Positions 51,454-61,304 of a stretch of 64,000 nt of DNA are shown here, in pieces. Made by a program: the position numbers and the translations under genes. The notes under the pieces were generated by a model. That model had not been told where the DNA came from. It did no database searches and saw only the letters and a list, made by a program, of their open reading frames with translations. Position 1 is the first letter of the stretch, and every line of letters begins with the position of its first letter. Origin of the DNA: Verrucomicrobiota bacterium (GTDB lineage Bacteria > Verrucomicrobiota > Verrucomicrobiia > Opitutales > Coraliomargaritaceae); NCBI GenBank assembly GCA_039815375.1, contig JBCBZJ010000001.1, positions 192,001-256,000 on the forward strand, given 5' to 3'.

Positions 51454-52836
51454 TTATTTCCGAGTTGTGAGTTCTATCAGGAGTCCATCGCGAAGTTCCA
51501 TCGTTAAGTTCGTTGCCACCTTGAGAGAGTTTCTTGGCGAGACATGGACCTGATAACGCTGGAGGATAGTTGAGAGAATGACGATAAGCTCCATCATCGC
51601 AAAGTGGCGCCCGATACAAACACGTGGTCCACTGCTAAAGGGAATGTAATTGCCCGCTGCCTTTTGCTTCTTTGCTGCATCGTCGTCATCCGTGAGAAAT
51701 CGCGTCGGATCGAATTCGTCGGGCCGCTCCCATATTCTGGGATTTCTGTGGAGCGCGTAGCGGCTGAGGGCGACCATAGATCCTTTGGGAATTATGCTAC
51801 CGCCGAGTTCGACATCTTCCTTAGCATTGCGATTTTCAAACCAGAGAGGTGGGTGCAGGCGCATCGCTTCTTCGATGATTGCTTTCATATAGCGTAGCTC
51901 AGAAACTTGCTCGAATCGTAGAGGCTTTCCTTTGGTGACTTGTTGAAGCTCCTGAGTGAGCTCGGCCTCGATTTGCGGATGATTGTTGAGCTCATAGAAG
52001 ATCCATGTAAGGGCTGTTGATGAGGTTTCGTGTCCGCCGATAATCATACCGAGTACTTCTTCTGCGATTTCTGAGATCTCCATCTTTTCACCCGTTTCAT
52101 CATCTTCCATAGATAGGAATACGGACAAAAGGTCGCTTTGTGCCTCACCCTCTATCCGACGATCAATCATTTCATAGATGAAAGTATTGTATTCCTGAAG
52201 CACTCGTTTGAGCTTTAAGTTCATAGGCGTCGGGAAGTCAGGATGGCCGATAATTGGGAGTGGCGGTTTCGCACTGTAGCGATTGATGACCTGCGTCCAT
52301 TCGCGTATATCTGAAGCTCTGTCGATGAATCCATCGCTGAACAAAGACTTTCCTGCGATCTCGAGCGTCAGTAGATTCATCTCTCTGGATACATCGAATG
52401 TCTGCTTGTCTTCGGCATGTGTTTGCCAGCGATTTGCGAGTGTTTCGCTCGCATTGGCCATGATGTCGTAGAATGACTTAATTGTTTTGGGTCCAAAAGC
52501 TGGCTGTATGAGACGCCTTTGCTTCTGCCAGTGTTTCCCCTCTGCATTCACCAGGCTGTTGCCAAGAGCGTTACGGAAGCGATTGTAAATAACTGTATCC
52601 TTGTCGAAGGTGCGGTGCGTCTCCTTGAGGACTTGTCGAACCAGTTCCGGATCATTGATGAGGTAAAAATCGATCAGGCCTCGGTAGTGGACAAAATCGC
52701 CGAATCTACGGATTAGCTCATCTATGAAGTCGGAAGGATTTCCGGCGAGCATCCATTGCTTGTAGAAACGTGGTGTTCTGACGGCTTCAATTTTAGATGT
52801 TTTGGTTTTCTGATTCACGATGGAGGCAAACTTCAA
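51454..52836 (-). CDS. Cytochrome P450
   Basis: GGHETS I-helix, EAMR (ExxR), PTRF, FSSGPRVCIG heme-thiolate motif. Confidence 0.95.
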   Translation of the reverse strand: MKFASIVNQKTKTSKIEAVRTPRFYKQWMLAGNPSDFIDELIRRFGDFVHYRGLIDFYLINDPELVRQVLKETHRTFDKDTVIYNRFRNALGNSLVNAEGKHWQKQRRLIQPAFGPKTIKSFYDIMANASETLANRWQTHAEDKQTFDVSREMNLLTLEIAGKSLFSDGFIDRASDIREWTQVINRYSAKPPLPIIGHPDFPTPMNLKLKRVLQEYNTFIYEMIDRRIEGEAQSDLLSVFLSMEDDETGEKMEISEIAEEVLGMIIGGHETSSTALTWIFYELNNHPQIEAELTQELQQVTKGKPLRFEQVSELRYMKAIIEEAMRLHPPLWFENRNAKEDVELGGSIIPKGSMVALSRYALHRNPRIWERPDEFDPTRFLTDDDDAAKKQKAAGNYIPFSSGPRVCIGRHFAMMELIVILSTILQRYQVHVSPRNSLKVATNLTMELRDGLLIELTTRK

Positions 52837-52860
52837 TATGTCATCTAGATTGTCAAATTA

Positions 52861-52885
52861 AAAATGACAATTATGTTGTCATTTT
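52861..52885. promoter_or_regulatory. Candidate MarR operator
   Basis: AAAATGACAA-TTATG-TTGTCATTTT perfect 10-bp inverted repeat between divergent P450 and marR. Confidence 0.7.
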
Positions 52886-52912
52886 GTAGTTTTCGCTGTT
52901 TTTATATTCTTT

Positions 52913-53353
52913 ATGAGTCAGAAAGGAACCCTCGAAGAGATGCATCGATTGGCGAATTCAATTCGGCGCACTTACAATCGCCTCTATTCGGTGACAGATG
53001 CGATCCACTCAGATTCGAGTCTGAGCGCGCCAAAGCGTACTTTGCTTTTGGATATCCACCGAGAAGGAGAGCTGACCATACCTGCCCTCGCGAAGCTGCG
53101 TTGCGTCAGTCGGCAGATCATCCAAACACAAGTCAACGAGCTGATCAGCGCCGGATTCGTAGAAACAAAGGTCAACCCGAATCACAAGCGTTCATTCCTC
53201 CTCGCGCTCACTTCTTCAGGGAAGAAGACGATACGAGAGCTCGTTGCGCGGGAGTCAGAATTCATTGAGCAGCTCGGATGGTTTCCGGACGCAGATGCCC
53301 TGTCCCATTGCCAAGAAGTTCTCGATCAAATCTACGAAAAACTGGATTTGTAA
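52913..53353 (+). CDS. MarR-family regulator
   Basis: LTIPALAK...VSRQIIQ..VNEL, NPNHKRS..L.LT..G. Confidence 0.88.
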   Translation: MSQKGTLEEMHRLANSIRRTYNRLYSVTDAIHSDSSLSAPKRTLLLDIHREGELTIPALAKLRCVSRQIIQTQVNELISAGFVETKVNPNHKRSFLLALTSSGKKTIRELVARESEFIEQLGWFPDADALSHCQEVLDQIYEKLDL

Positions 53354-53467
53354 GCCGTTTGGCAGGTGATGCTTCATTTTGGGTTTCGCGTAGGCCTTAT
53401 AGCTGGTTCGTGGGGATACGGGCATTCTCCGATTCTTCATAACACATTCGGGTAGCGCTCAACACCG

Positions 53468-53584
53468 TGGCGGAGAGGACAGGATTTGAACCTCAGTATT
53501 TCGATTTTTAAAGTATTGAATGATAGATTTTACTGAAGGGGGAGTGGGTCTAGGCGACACATAGAAACACAATCTTTTGGAGCG
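53468..53584 (+). mobile_element. att unit U2: tRNA-Ser 3' fragment (on -) + IHF-like site + arm-like motif
   Basis: Minus strand AGGTTCAAATCCTGTCCTCTCCGCCA (53468-53493); TAAAGTATTGAAT; GACACATAGAAACACAATCTTTTGG. Confidence 0.7.
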
Positions 53585-53653
53585 GTCTGGCGCTCAGCGG
53601 CTCGTATTTAATCAGATCTTGTCTGAAAGATGTTGCATGATCTGCTGCCAGCA

Positions 53654-54280
53654 TCATCCGACATTCAGCAGGAGCGCCACCTATTTTCTGACGCGTTCGC
53701 GTCGTTTCGGAAAGGGCCTTTTAGTTAGAGAGATATTGGCACGTACGAATGGAAGGCCTTCTCATAGGTTTAGGATAGCTTCAGCAGCCTCGTCAGCATT
53801 TAATGCTATGATTACCCAGCCCCTTGAGTCTGCCCGTGAGCCATTGTATTCGGTCAGGCGGCGATGAGTGCGTCCGTAAGCTGCGTCGTAAAAGACCTTT
53901 GCGATTTCAGGGTGTGCTCTGGATTCTTCAAACATCAGTTCCGAGAATTGGATAATCTCGGGCTTATTCAAAAAAGCGAAAAGCTGCATGCCGAAACCTT
54001 CGAGTGTCTTTCAGAATGCATCGGCTGATTCGGGCAGATCGGAAAATCCAGACTCAAATTCGGCTCCGGCTGCCTCGACCACGGCGCGCAAAACTCCCGG
54101 CATCTCATCAAAGTACTTATAGATGCTCGTTTTGGATACGCTAGCTTAGCGGGCGAGTAAATCAGTCGAAACTTTTTCAAATCCATGCGAAAAAAATGAA
54201 CGCCGACCTGCAGTGAGGATTCGTTCGCGGGGATCGCCTTTCTTGGTGGGGGTTAGTGGTTCTGAAGTTGCGGACCTCAA
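53654..54280 (-). pseudogene. TetR/AcrR-family regulator pseudogene
   Basis: One frame reads RERILTAGRRSFFSHGFEKVSTDLLAR*ASVSKTSIYKYF...AF*KT...ILNL*EG...RK*; four internal stops (54146, 54011, 53762 and near 53682). Confidence 0.82.
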
Positions 54281-54476
54281 GAAGAAACTGTAGTCTTGGC
54301 AGCCCAACGTAAACGCGCCAGCGGAACCGGAACGAAAAGGTAATTCAGGCTATCAGGGTCTTGATAGAATCAGTCCTGTTTTCCATTTTCTGGTCGAGTG
54401 ACGGTTTGATCGCATTGGTCTCTGAAATTAGAAGCGGGGGATCGAAAGACTTAAGTAGGATAAAATCCGAATCTGC

Positions 54477-54941
54477 TCATTTCACCTTGTGAATAACACC
54501 TTTAAACTGTTGGGATAAGTCATCGAGAATCTTAACAGCATTCCTCGCCTTTTGCTCTCCATAATTTTCGGACAACGATACGATCGCTTCGCCCATCTTA
54601 CGGTACAGACTGCCCAGTTTTTGATAGGCCATCGGTGTTAACTCAATTAGGATAGACCTGCGATCCTTCGGGTGCGCTTTCCGTTTTATAAACTCACGTT
54701 TTTCCAGCCGATCCTGTAGTGCAGTCACGCTGCCGGTCGTCAGACCTAACTTATCAGCTATGTCTTTTGATAGAAGAGGTCCGTTTTCTAACAGATTCAA
54801 ACAGCGAAGGTCGTTACGCGAAATTTGGACTTTTTCTGCGATCATTGAGTCAAATGAATCGATGGCCGCATGTAACTCGCGACAAGCTTGAACGAGTCCA
54901 TGATTATCATTCGGGGCTTCTGGGTTGTCGTTGTTCGTCAT
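54477..54941 (-). CDS. MarR-family regulator
   Basis: NDLRCLNLL, LGLTTGSVTALQDRLE, HPKDRRS. Confidence 0.9.
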   Translation of the reverse strand: MTNNDNPEAPNDNHGLVQACRELHAAIDSFDSMIAEKVQISRNDLRCLNLLENGPLLSKDIADKLGLTTGSVTALQDRLEKREFIKRKAHPKDRRSILIELTPMAYQKLGSLYRKMGEAIVSLSENYGEQKARNAVKILDDLSQQFKGVIHKVK

Positions 54942-54963
54942 GGGTACGGTTATAGATTGTTAA

Positions 54964-54984
54964 TCAAGTATCTTGACAATCAAG
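54964..54984. promoter_or_regulatory. Candidate MarR operator
   Basis: Overlapping TCAAG-TAT-CTTGA-CAA-TCAAG inverted repeats between divergent marR and SRPBCC gene. Confidence 0.5.
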
Positions 54985-55007
54985 TTAAATAGGCTCAGAT
55001 AACTTTT

Positions 55008-55565
55008 ATGTTCATTATCGGATTCGTATCTGGGGCTTTAATTGGTCTTATTTTACTATTTGTATTCACGCCACGGCTTGTCGAATATGTGGAAACTGTT
55101 TCTATAAAAGGAAATTCGACACAGATTTATGACGCGATCCGATTTCAAGAGTCTCTGATGCAATGGTCATCATGGCCAAGCGAAACGCAGTCTACATGTT
55201 ACGTCGAAGCAAAAGACGGAGAGCTGGGAGCTACGACTGTGTTTGTCGATAAGAAAGGGAATCGATTTGGTCATCAAGAGATGGTGAAGATAGAACCTGA
55301 TGTTCACGTGAGTTTTCGACTGGAAAGTAAAGGTCCTCCTCACCGTCCAAATCTGGATTTTTATATCACGGAAGGCTCTAAAGGAATGTGCACGGTGGTA
55401 ATGTCTTTTAGAAATCATATTTCGGCTCCTTTTCATGTTTTCCTACGAGTATTCGGTATCATCCGTTGGACTCGTGCGATGCATTTGAAGGACCTTGATG
55501 GCTTGAAACGTTTTGTCGAAGATTCGGTTACGTATGAGGGACAACCCATTCAGCGGAAAGCATAA
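55008..55565 (+). CDS. Membrane-anchored SRPBCC-family protein
   Basis: N-terminal TM helix; QWSSW, DG.LGA, C-terminal DLDGLKRFVE helix. Confidence 0.75.
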   Translation: MFIIGFVSGALIGLILLFVFTPRLVEYVETVSIKGNSTQIYDAIRFQESLMQWSSWPSETQSTCYVEAKDGELGATTVFVDKKGNRFGHQEMVKIEPDVHVSFRLESKGPPHRPNLDFYITEGSKGMCTVVMSFRNHISAPFHVFLRVFGIIRWTRAMHLKDLDGLKRFVEDSVTYEGQPIQRKA

Positions 55566-56091
55566 CCCATGGAAGCGTTCATACCCCTACTACTTTGAGG
55601 CCGTATTGGAGCGCTTCGGAGTCGGAAAAAACAGGGTAATTTGGTATAACGTTCTATTCCTTAACGAAGGTTTAAGGAAGAAACTGCCTTTCGATGAGTT
55701 TCCGCGTTTACGAGTCGAAGGCACGATTGCTAATATTCCTGTGGAGAATGCATTTATTCCCTCAGGCGATGGGAGGTATTACGTAATCGTCTCTCCACGG
55801 GTTATAAATGACGCGAGAATCGCTATCGGTGAGAGTGTCGAAATGTGCTTCCGAGTTGCTGACCAAAATAAGGTCGACATCCCCGAAATATTGGAGGCTG
55901 CAATTAATGAGGATCGCGACACCAAACGTCTATGGAGCGACCTGAGCCCAGGTAAGCAACGGATGCTTTGCCAACATGTGAAATCAGCGAAATCTGAAAC
56001 TACACAAGCTAAGCGCCTAGGCGAAGCACTAGAGATCTTGATCGATTTCAACGCAGATATAAAAATTTGGCGTGACCTACGTAAAAAGTGA
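55534..56091 (+). CDS. DUF1905 / YdeI-OmpD-associated family protein
   Basis: PRLRVEGTIAN, VDIPEILEAA, WSDLSPGKQR..V.SAKSETT..KR; start uncertain. Confidence 0.75.
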   Translation: MRDNPFSGKHNPWKRSYPYYFEAVLERFGVGKNRVIWYNVLFLNEGLRKKLPFDEFPRLRVEGTIANIPVENAFIPSGDGRYYVIVSPRVINDARIAIGESVEMCFRVADQNKVDIPEILEAAINEDRDTKRLWSDLSPGKQRMLCQHVKSAKSETTQAKRLGEALEILIDFNADIKIWRDLRKK

Positions 56092-56306
56092 CTAAAATAA
56101 TTTCATCAAAAGATCTGTTCCTCGTTCGGATAAACGAAAAATTTCCGTGGGTTAAATGCTTTGTATGTAAACGCTCAAACGGGCTTACAAAGCACGTTTA
56201 TTGTTATCACTTTTGAGGCAACCATGGGCTTGGCGTTTCCTCCCTGAGTCAAAATACGCACCCTGCAGAAAAATAACTGCTTATAATTTAGAGTTTGTTG
56301 AAGGCA

Positions 56307-56398
56307 ACAGGGTAGAAAACTATCGACTTTTTGCGTAAGTCGTTGAATGCCAGAGCGGCTTTCTGGGCGATTGCGAATTGGGACACACATAGGGAAAC
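56307..56398 (+). mobile_element. att unit U3 (non-tRNA core)
   Basis: ACAGG-GTAGAAA-ACT core; TAAGTCGTTGAAT IHF-like; GGACACACATAGGGAAAC. Confidence 0.65.
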
Positions 56399-56509
56399 AA
56401 AAAGTCTATTTTTGGGGTAATCTTACCGATTTTAGTAAAATTCGAGATAAAGCTAAAAATCTCCTAAGTCTCTGACTTAAAGTTTCATCGAAATTCGAAA
56501 AAAACAAAA

Positions 56510-56611
56510 TGGTCGGGCCGACAGGATTTGAACCTCTGTCTGTAAATTCGATACTCCTTGTGTGTAATAACTAAATGCCTGTGCAAGTTCTATGGACACA
56601 CATAGGGATAC
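56510..56611 (+). mobile_element. att unit U4: tRNA-Pro 3' fragment (on -) + arm-like motif
   Basis: Minus strand AGGTTCAAATCCTGTCGGCCCGACCA (56510-56535); GGACACACATAGGGATAC at 56594. Confidence 0.72.
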
Positions 56612-56877
56612 AATCTGTTGGCGCGATTGGACATGCAGTGTCGCATTTGATCTGCGTAGCCTGATAGGAATTCGCTTAAATTTAGGACACTCTTGTGTGT
56701 GATTCCGCGAGAATCTTTCCTTTATGTTCACAGTCGAATGAGAACCTTTACATTTGTTTAGAATGTGACACGCAACTGTCGCTTTTTCTTCAGATAGAAT
56801 ACGTCAAGATGAAACAAAGTGAGTGTATGCTAATAATCTTTGATTCTCGAAGTTTCAGCTATCCATAACTCAAAATC

Positions 56878-59800
56878 ATGACGAAAAAAATTATCCATCT
56901 TATCACAGGGATGAGCCTGGCAGCATGTCTATCTCAGGCGCAAGTTGATTACACGCTGCAGGTCCTGCATGCTTCCGACCTCGAAGGAGGAACCGAAGCG
57001 ATTGGCCGTGCACCAAACTTTGCTGCGCTTGTAGAATATTACGAGAACAACAATTCTGCAGATGGCACAGTCATCCTCTCGGCAGGAGACAACTATATCC
57101 CGGGTCCGTTTTTCAATGCATCAACTGACTTTGGTGTCGTCGGTCCGCTCACGCTTGCTTACGAGACGCTCTTCGGCGAATCCCTCACTGATGATGTTGA
57201 AGGAAGCGAGATCGAAACGCGTTCTGGTGCGATCGACATTACGATCATGAACATTATCGGTTTCGATGCCTCGGCTCTTGGTAATCACGAATTCGACCTT
57301 GGCTCCGAGATCCTCCGCGACCTGCTCGAAGAAGAGTTCGATGATGACCGAGTGAACGATTCTTCAATTATTGATCCAGCAGAAATCGAGTGGCCTGGCG
57401 CTCAGTTCCCTTACCTATCTGCGAACTTGGATTTTTCAGGAGATGATGCGCTCACTGGAATTTTCACAAGTGATATCCTTGCGCGCTCCGCGTTTACAAT
57501 GACGCCTGCTGAAGCAGCGGCATTTAAGTTTCCAATTCCTCAGGACGATTCCACAAAGATCGCGCCGGCTACAATCATTGCGGTCAATGGTGAGTATATT
57601 GGTGTCGTTGGTGCGACGACTCAACGCCTGAACATCATCTCCTCGCCGTCCGGCACAACAGTGATCGGTGCGATGGATAATGACATCGCGCTGCTCGCCA
57701 CACAGATCCAGGCAACGGTCGATCAGGTTCTCCTTGGCCTTGATGGAACAGATGGTACCGCAGACGATGTCAACAAGGTGATCCTTGTGACTCACCTCCA
57801 ACAGATCAGCCTCGAAACGCAACTTGCCGGGTTGCTGACCGATGTCGACGTAATCATTGCCGGTGGATCAGACACACTTCTTGCGGATGGTGACGACACA
57901 CTTCGCTCAGGCGACACGGCAGACGATGTTTATCCGGTCGTGGTCGAGGATTCTGAAAGTAATGACACGCTCATCGTCAGCACGGACGGTGAATACAGCT
58001 ACCTCGGTCGGTTGAACGTGCCATTCGATGTGAATGGACTCGTCCTGACAGATGAGCTGGATACAGCAATCAATGGCCCCGTCGCGACCACAGATTCTGA
58101 AGTGGTTAATCTCTGGGGTGATCTGGACACTGCATTTGCAGCAGGAACTAAGGCTGCTGAAGTTGAATTGCTGGTTGACCCAGTCACTGGCATCGTAGCG
58201 GTCGAAGATGGCGACGTTGCTGGATACACTGCAGTCTTCCTCGACGGTGCTCGTGAGTCTGTCAGAACCGAAGAAACGAATCTTGGTAACCTTTCAGCAG
58301 ACGCCAATTTGTGGAGAGCTCGCCAGTTCGATCCGTCTGTTGACGTTTCAATCAAGAACGGTGGTGGCCTTCGTGCGATCATCGGGCAGATCGACGGAGT
58401 GACCGGTGAACTGCTTGTTCCACAAGCAAATCCAAATGCGACACCTCCTAAGCCAGAGGGCGCGATCTCCGCTCTGGATATTGCCAACTCAGCGCGTTTC
58501 AACAACACTCTCACGCTTCTCGATCTTTCCGTTCAAGACCTACTTGAAGTTCTTGAGCACGCCTATGCAGGAAGCTTCGAAGGCGAAACTCCAGGTCGCT
58601 TTGCGCAACTTGGTGGCCTGCAGGTGTCTTTCACTCCTCCAGTTGAAGCGACTAACGACACGCCACAAGTTGATGTCGTCATCAACTCTTTCGCCCTTAT
58701 CAATGACGAGGGTGACGTGACTGAAGTGCTTTACGAAAATAGTGAGTTCCAAGTCAGTGCATCCCGTGAGATTCGTATCGTCACACTGAACTTCCTTGCG
58801 GGTGGCGGTGATGGTTATCCATTTGAGGATCTTGGCTCGAACGAAGCATCCGTTACTGTTTTCAACAGCGTAACATCTGAGAATGACAATGTTGGCGAAC
58901 AAGAGGCACTCTACGAGTATCTTCAAGCGAACTTCGGCACGCCAGAGCTCGCTTACAGCACACCGGAGTTCGATCCGACCATGGACGCTCGTGTTCAAAA
59001 TCTCACTGAACGCTTCGATACAGTTGGTATTAATCAGCCTGTTGAGCCAGCTGGAGCTCTTCGTCTGACTCCAGTTGCAACTTATAGCTCAGGGGTCTTC
59101 GATGATTCGGCTGCTGAAATCGTAGCCCATGATGCCGACTCTCAGCGTCTTTTCGTAGTCAGCAGTGCAGGCTCCATCGTCCGTGTGCTTGATGCAAGTG
59201 ACCCGGAAGGAAGCGGTCTCCCTCAGATCAACAGTATCGCAGCGCCGCTTGCTAACTTCGTTCCGAATAGTGTCGATACCTTCGATGGTCCTCTTGGTCG
59301 TGCGGTAGCAGTCGCTTGGGCTGATGATACCGGTGTTGCAGGTCGAGGAGTCGTGACACTCTACGATCCAGACACGCTCGCGCAAATTGGTAGCAACATC
59401 ACCGTTGGCTTCCTTCCTGATATGCTCACCTTTACTCCTGACGGCAGCGAGATTGTCGTTGCCAATGAAGGTGAAGTCGTCGGAGGCACGAACCCGGTCG
59501 GTTCTGTTTCGATCATCGAGTTCAGCGGTTCCTATGGAAGCGCCACTCACACAGAAGTTGGCTTTGACCGTTGGAATCGTCGCGAGCGCATCCTCCGTGC
59601 ACGTGGTATCCTGCTGACTCAAGTCGATGAGGGCGTCGCCGCCAACGTGGCTCAGGATCTTGAGCCGGAGTATGTTGCCGTCACTGAAGACGGTCGCTAT
59701 GCTTGGGTTTCGCTTCAAGAGAACAATGCGGTCGCGTTGATCGATATCAACCGCAAGCGCCTGCGTAACATCATCCCACTCGGCACTGTCGACCACAGTC

Positions 59801-60639
59801 TTGCAAATAGCATTCTGGATGCGAGTGATCGTGATGGTGGTATCAATATCACAACAGAGCCGCTCAAGGGCCTTCGCCAGCCTGACTCGATTGCGGCAAT
59901 GACCTACAACGGCAGAAACTATCTGTTTACTGCAAATGAAGGTGATGCCCGCGACTTCGAAGAGATTCGCTTCAAGGATATCGGAGATCTAGATGAGACG
60001 ACCTACACGTTTGATCCTGCTGTGTTTGGAACACTTTCGCCGCTGCAGGCTGATGACGAACTTGGTCGTCTTGAAATCAATCAGGTCGCCAGTGATACGG
60101 ACCGCGATGGTGATATCGATGAGATAATAACTTTCGGTGGTCGCTCGATGACGATCTATCAAGCACCAGCCTCCGGTCGTTTCCGCGCTATCCGTGATAC
60201 AGGTTCGGACATCGAGTCCTATACCGCATCGCGTTTCGCAAACGTCTTCAACTCTAATAATGACGACAATGATTCCTTCGAGAGTCGCTCCGATGCAAAG
60301 GGTGCTGAACCTGAAGCGCTAACCTTGGCAGAGATCGATGGACGTAAGTTTGCCTTCCTCGGACTCGAGCGTCAGAGCGCGATCATGGTCTATGATGTAA
60401 CGGATCCACGTCGTCCTTCCTTCGAGAATTACGTGAGCAATCGCGTCTATGTCGATGGTGATGGCGAATTCCTGAATGTAGAAACTCCTGCTGGTCTCGC
60501 TGCTACAGGTGACCTTGGACCCGAGGGGATCGAGTTCATTTCTGCTTCGGTCAGTCCGATTTCAGGTGTGCCGATGATTGCCGTGGCCAACGAAGTCAGT
60601 GGCACGGTCACATTGTGGCGTATCGATTTCGGTATCTAG
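56878..60639 (+). CDS. Secreted metallophosphatase/5'-nucleotidase fused to choice-of-anchor I domain
   Basis: LHASDLEG, SAGDNY, GNHEFD, ETNLGNL.ADA, NGGGLRA; C-terminal AAEIVAH, EPEYV, QENNA, RSDAKGAEPE, DLGPEG, ANEVSGT. Confidence 0.88.
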   Translation: MTKKIIHLITGMSLAACLSQAQVDYTLQVLHASDLEGGTEAIGRAPNFAALVEYYENNNSADGTVILSAGDNYIPGPFFNASTDFGVVGPLTLAYETLFGESLTDDVEGSEIETRSGAIDITIMNIIGFDASALGNHEFDLGSEILRDLLEEEFDDDRVNDSSIIDPAEIEWPGAQFPYLSANLDFSGDDALTGIFTSDILARSAFTMTPAEAAAFKFPIPQDDSTKIAPATIIAVNGEYIGVVGATTQRLNIISSPSGTTVIGAMDNDIALLATQIQATVDQVLLGLDGTDGTADDVNKVILVTHLQQISLETQLAGLLTDVDVIIAGGSDTLLADGDDTLRSGDTADDVYPVVVEDSESNDTLIVSTDGEYSYLGRLNVPFDVNGLVLTDELDTAINGPVATTDSEVVNLWGDLDTAFAAGTKAAEVELLVDPVTGIVAVEDGDVAGYTAVFLDGARESVRTEETNLGNLSADANLWRARQFDPSVDVSIKNGGGLRAIIGQIDGVTGELLVPQANPNATPPKPEGAISALDIANSARFNNTLTLLDLSVQDLLEVLEHAYAGSFEGETPGRFAQLGGLQVSFTPPVEATNDTPQVDVVINSFALINDEGDVTEVLYENSEFQVSASREIRIVTLNFLAGGGDGYPFEDLGSNEASVTVFNSVTSENDNVGEQEALYEYLQANFGTPELAYSTPEFDPTMDARVQNLTERFDTVGINQPVEPAGALRLTPVATYSSGVFDDSAAEIVAHDADSQRLFVVSSAGSIVRVLDASDPEGSGLPQINSIAAPLANFVPNSVDTFDGPLGRAVAVAWADDTGVAGRGVVTLYDPDTLAQIGSNITVGFLPDMLTFTPDGSEIVVANEGEVVGGTNPVGSVSIIEFSGSYGSATHTEVGFDRWNRRERILRARGILLTQVDEGVAANVAQDLEPEYVAVTEDGRYAWVSLQENNAVALIDINRKRLRNIIPLGTVDHSLANSILDASDRDGGINITTEPLKGLRQPDSIAAMTYNGRNYLFTANEGDARDFEEIRFKDIGDLDETTYTFDPAVFGTLSPLQADDELGRLEINQVASDTDRDGDIDEIITFGGRSMTIYQAPASGRFRAIRDTGSDIESYTASRFANVFNSNNDDNDSFESRSDAKGAEPEALTLAEIDGRKFAFLGLERQSAIMVYDVTDPRRPSFENYVSNRVYVDGDGEFLNVETPAGLAATGDLGPEGIEFISASVSPISGVPMIAVANEVSGTVTLWRIDFGI

Positions 60640-60714
60640 ACGAGAACTAATGCTTAACCAGGTCGCAGGACGTTCGACGCGCTCCGCGGCCAAACCTTTC
60701 AAAAATACTACAAT

Positions 60715-61269
60715 ATGAAAAAGATAGTTATTCTTACTGCGCTGCTGAGCAGCGTATCGCTACTCAGCGCGCAATCGTTCTTCCAGGTTTTTACCGGATC
60801 ATTCACCGATGGCACGCTTGCAGGGTTCACGATCGAAGGTGAATTCGAAATTGATCGGGCGGGTCAAACTTCGGGAACGGCCGAATATCTTCCTGTCGCA
60901 GGTCCGGAGATTTTGGCCTTCACTTTTGAAATCCTAGATCTTTCTTCGATGCTATTTACCGATTTCATCGAAACTGACGATCCTCTTGCCCTCGCTACCT
61001 TCGATATCATTGCACCTTCGACTGATCCACAGGTCACGACCTTCGACTTCGTTGGAACAAATTTTGCCGGAGAGTCGCTCGACTTCTTCTATGACGCGTT
61101 TGCAGCTACACCAGACATGGTCTTTGCCGTGTCGTTTGACGATGGACTTGGTGATGTCTCCAACGCAACGCTTGATCTGGCCGTCAACGTTCCAGAGCCT
61201 GGAACCTATGCCCTCATCATGGGGGTTGTGGCGACGGGTCTTATTGTAGGACGTCGTCGCCGAGGATAA
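60715..61269 (+). CDS. PEP-CTERM sorting domain protein
   Basis: Signal peptide; VPEPGTYALIMG...RRRRG. Confidence 0.87.
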   Translation: MKKIVILTALLSSVSLLSAQSFFQVFTGSFTDGTLAGFTIEGEFEIDRAGQTSGTAEYLPVAGPEILAFTFEILDLSSMLFTDFIETDDPLALATFDIIAPSTDPQVTTFDFVGTNFAGESLDFFYDAFAATPDMVFAVSFDDGLGDVSNATLDLAVNVPEPGTYALIMGVVATGLIVGRRRRG

Positions 61270-61304
61270 GTTTTAGAATTCTCGACTGATCTAAGTTACT
61301 TTAG

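Noticed and set aside
47690..54013. TGA=Trp genetic code reassignment
   Set aside because: Many intact genes end in TGA, Trp is encoded by TGG throughout, and the TetR pseudogene also has TAA and TAG stops.
53468..56535. Complete tRNA-Ser and tRNA-Pro genes
   Set aside because: Only the T-loop to CCA (about 26 nt) is present; no anticodon arm, D arm or 5' acceptor strand.
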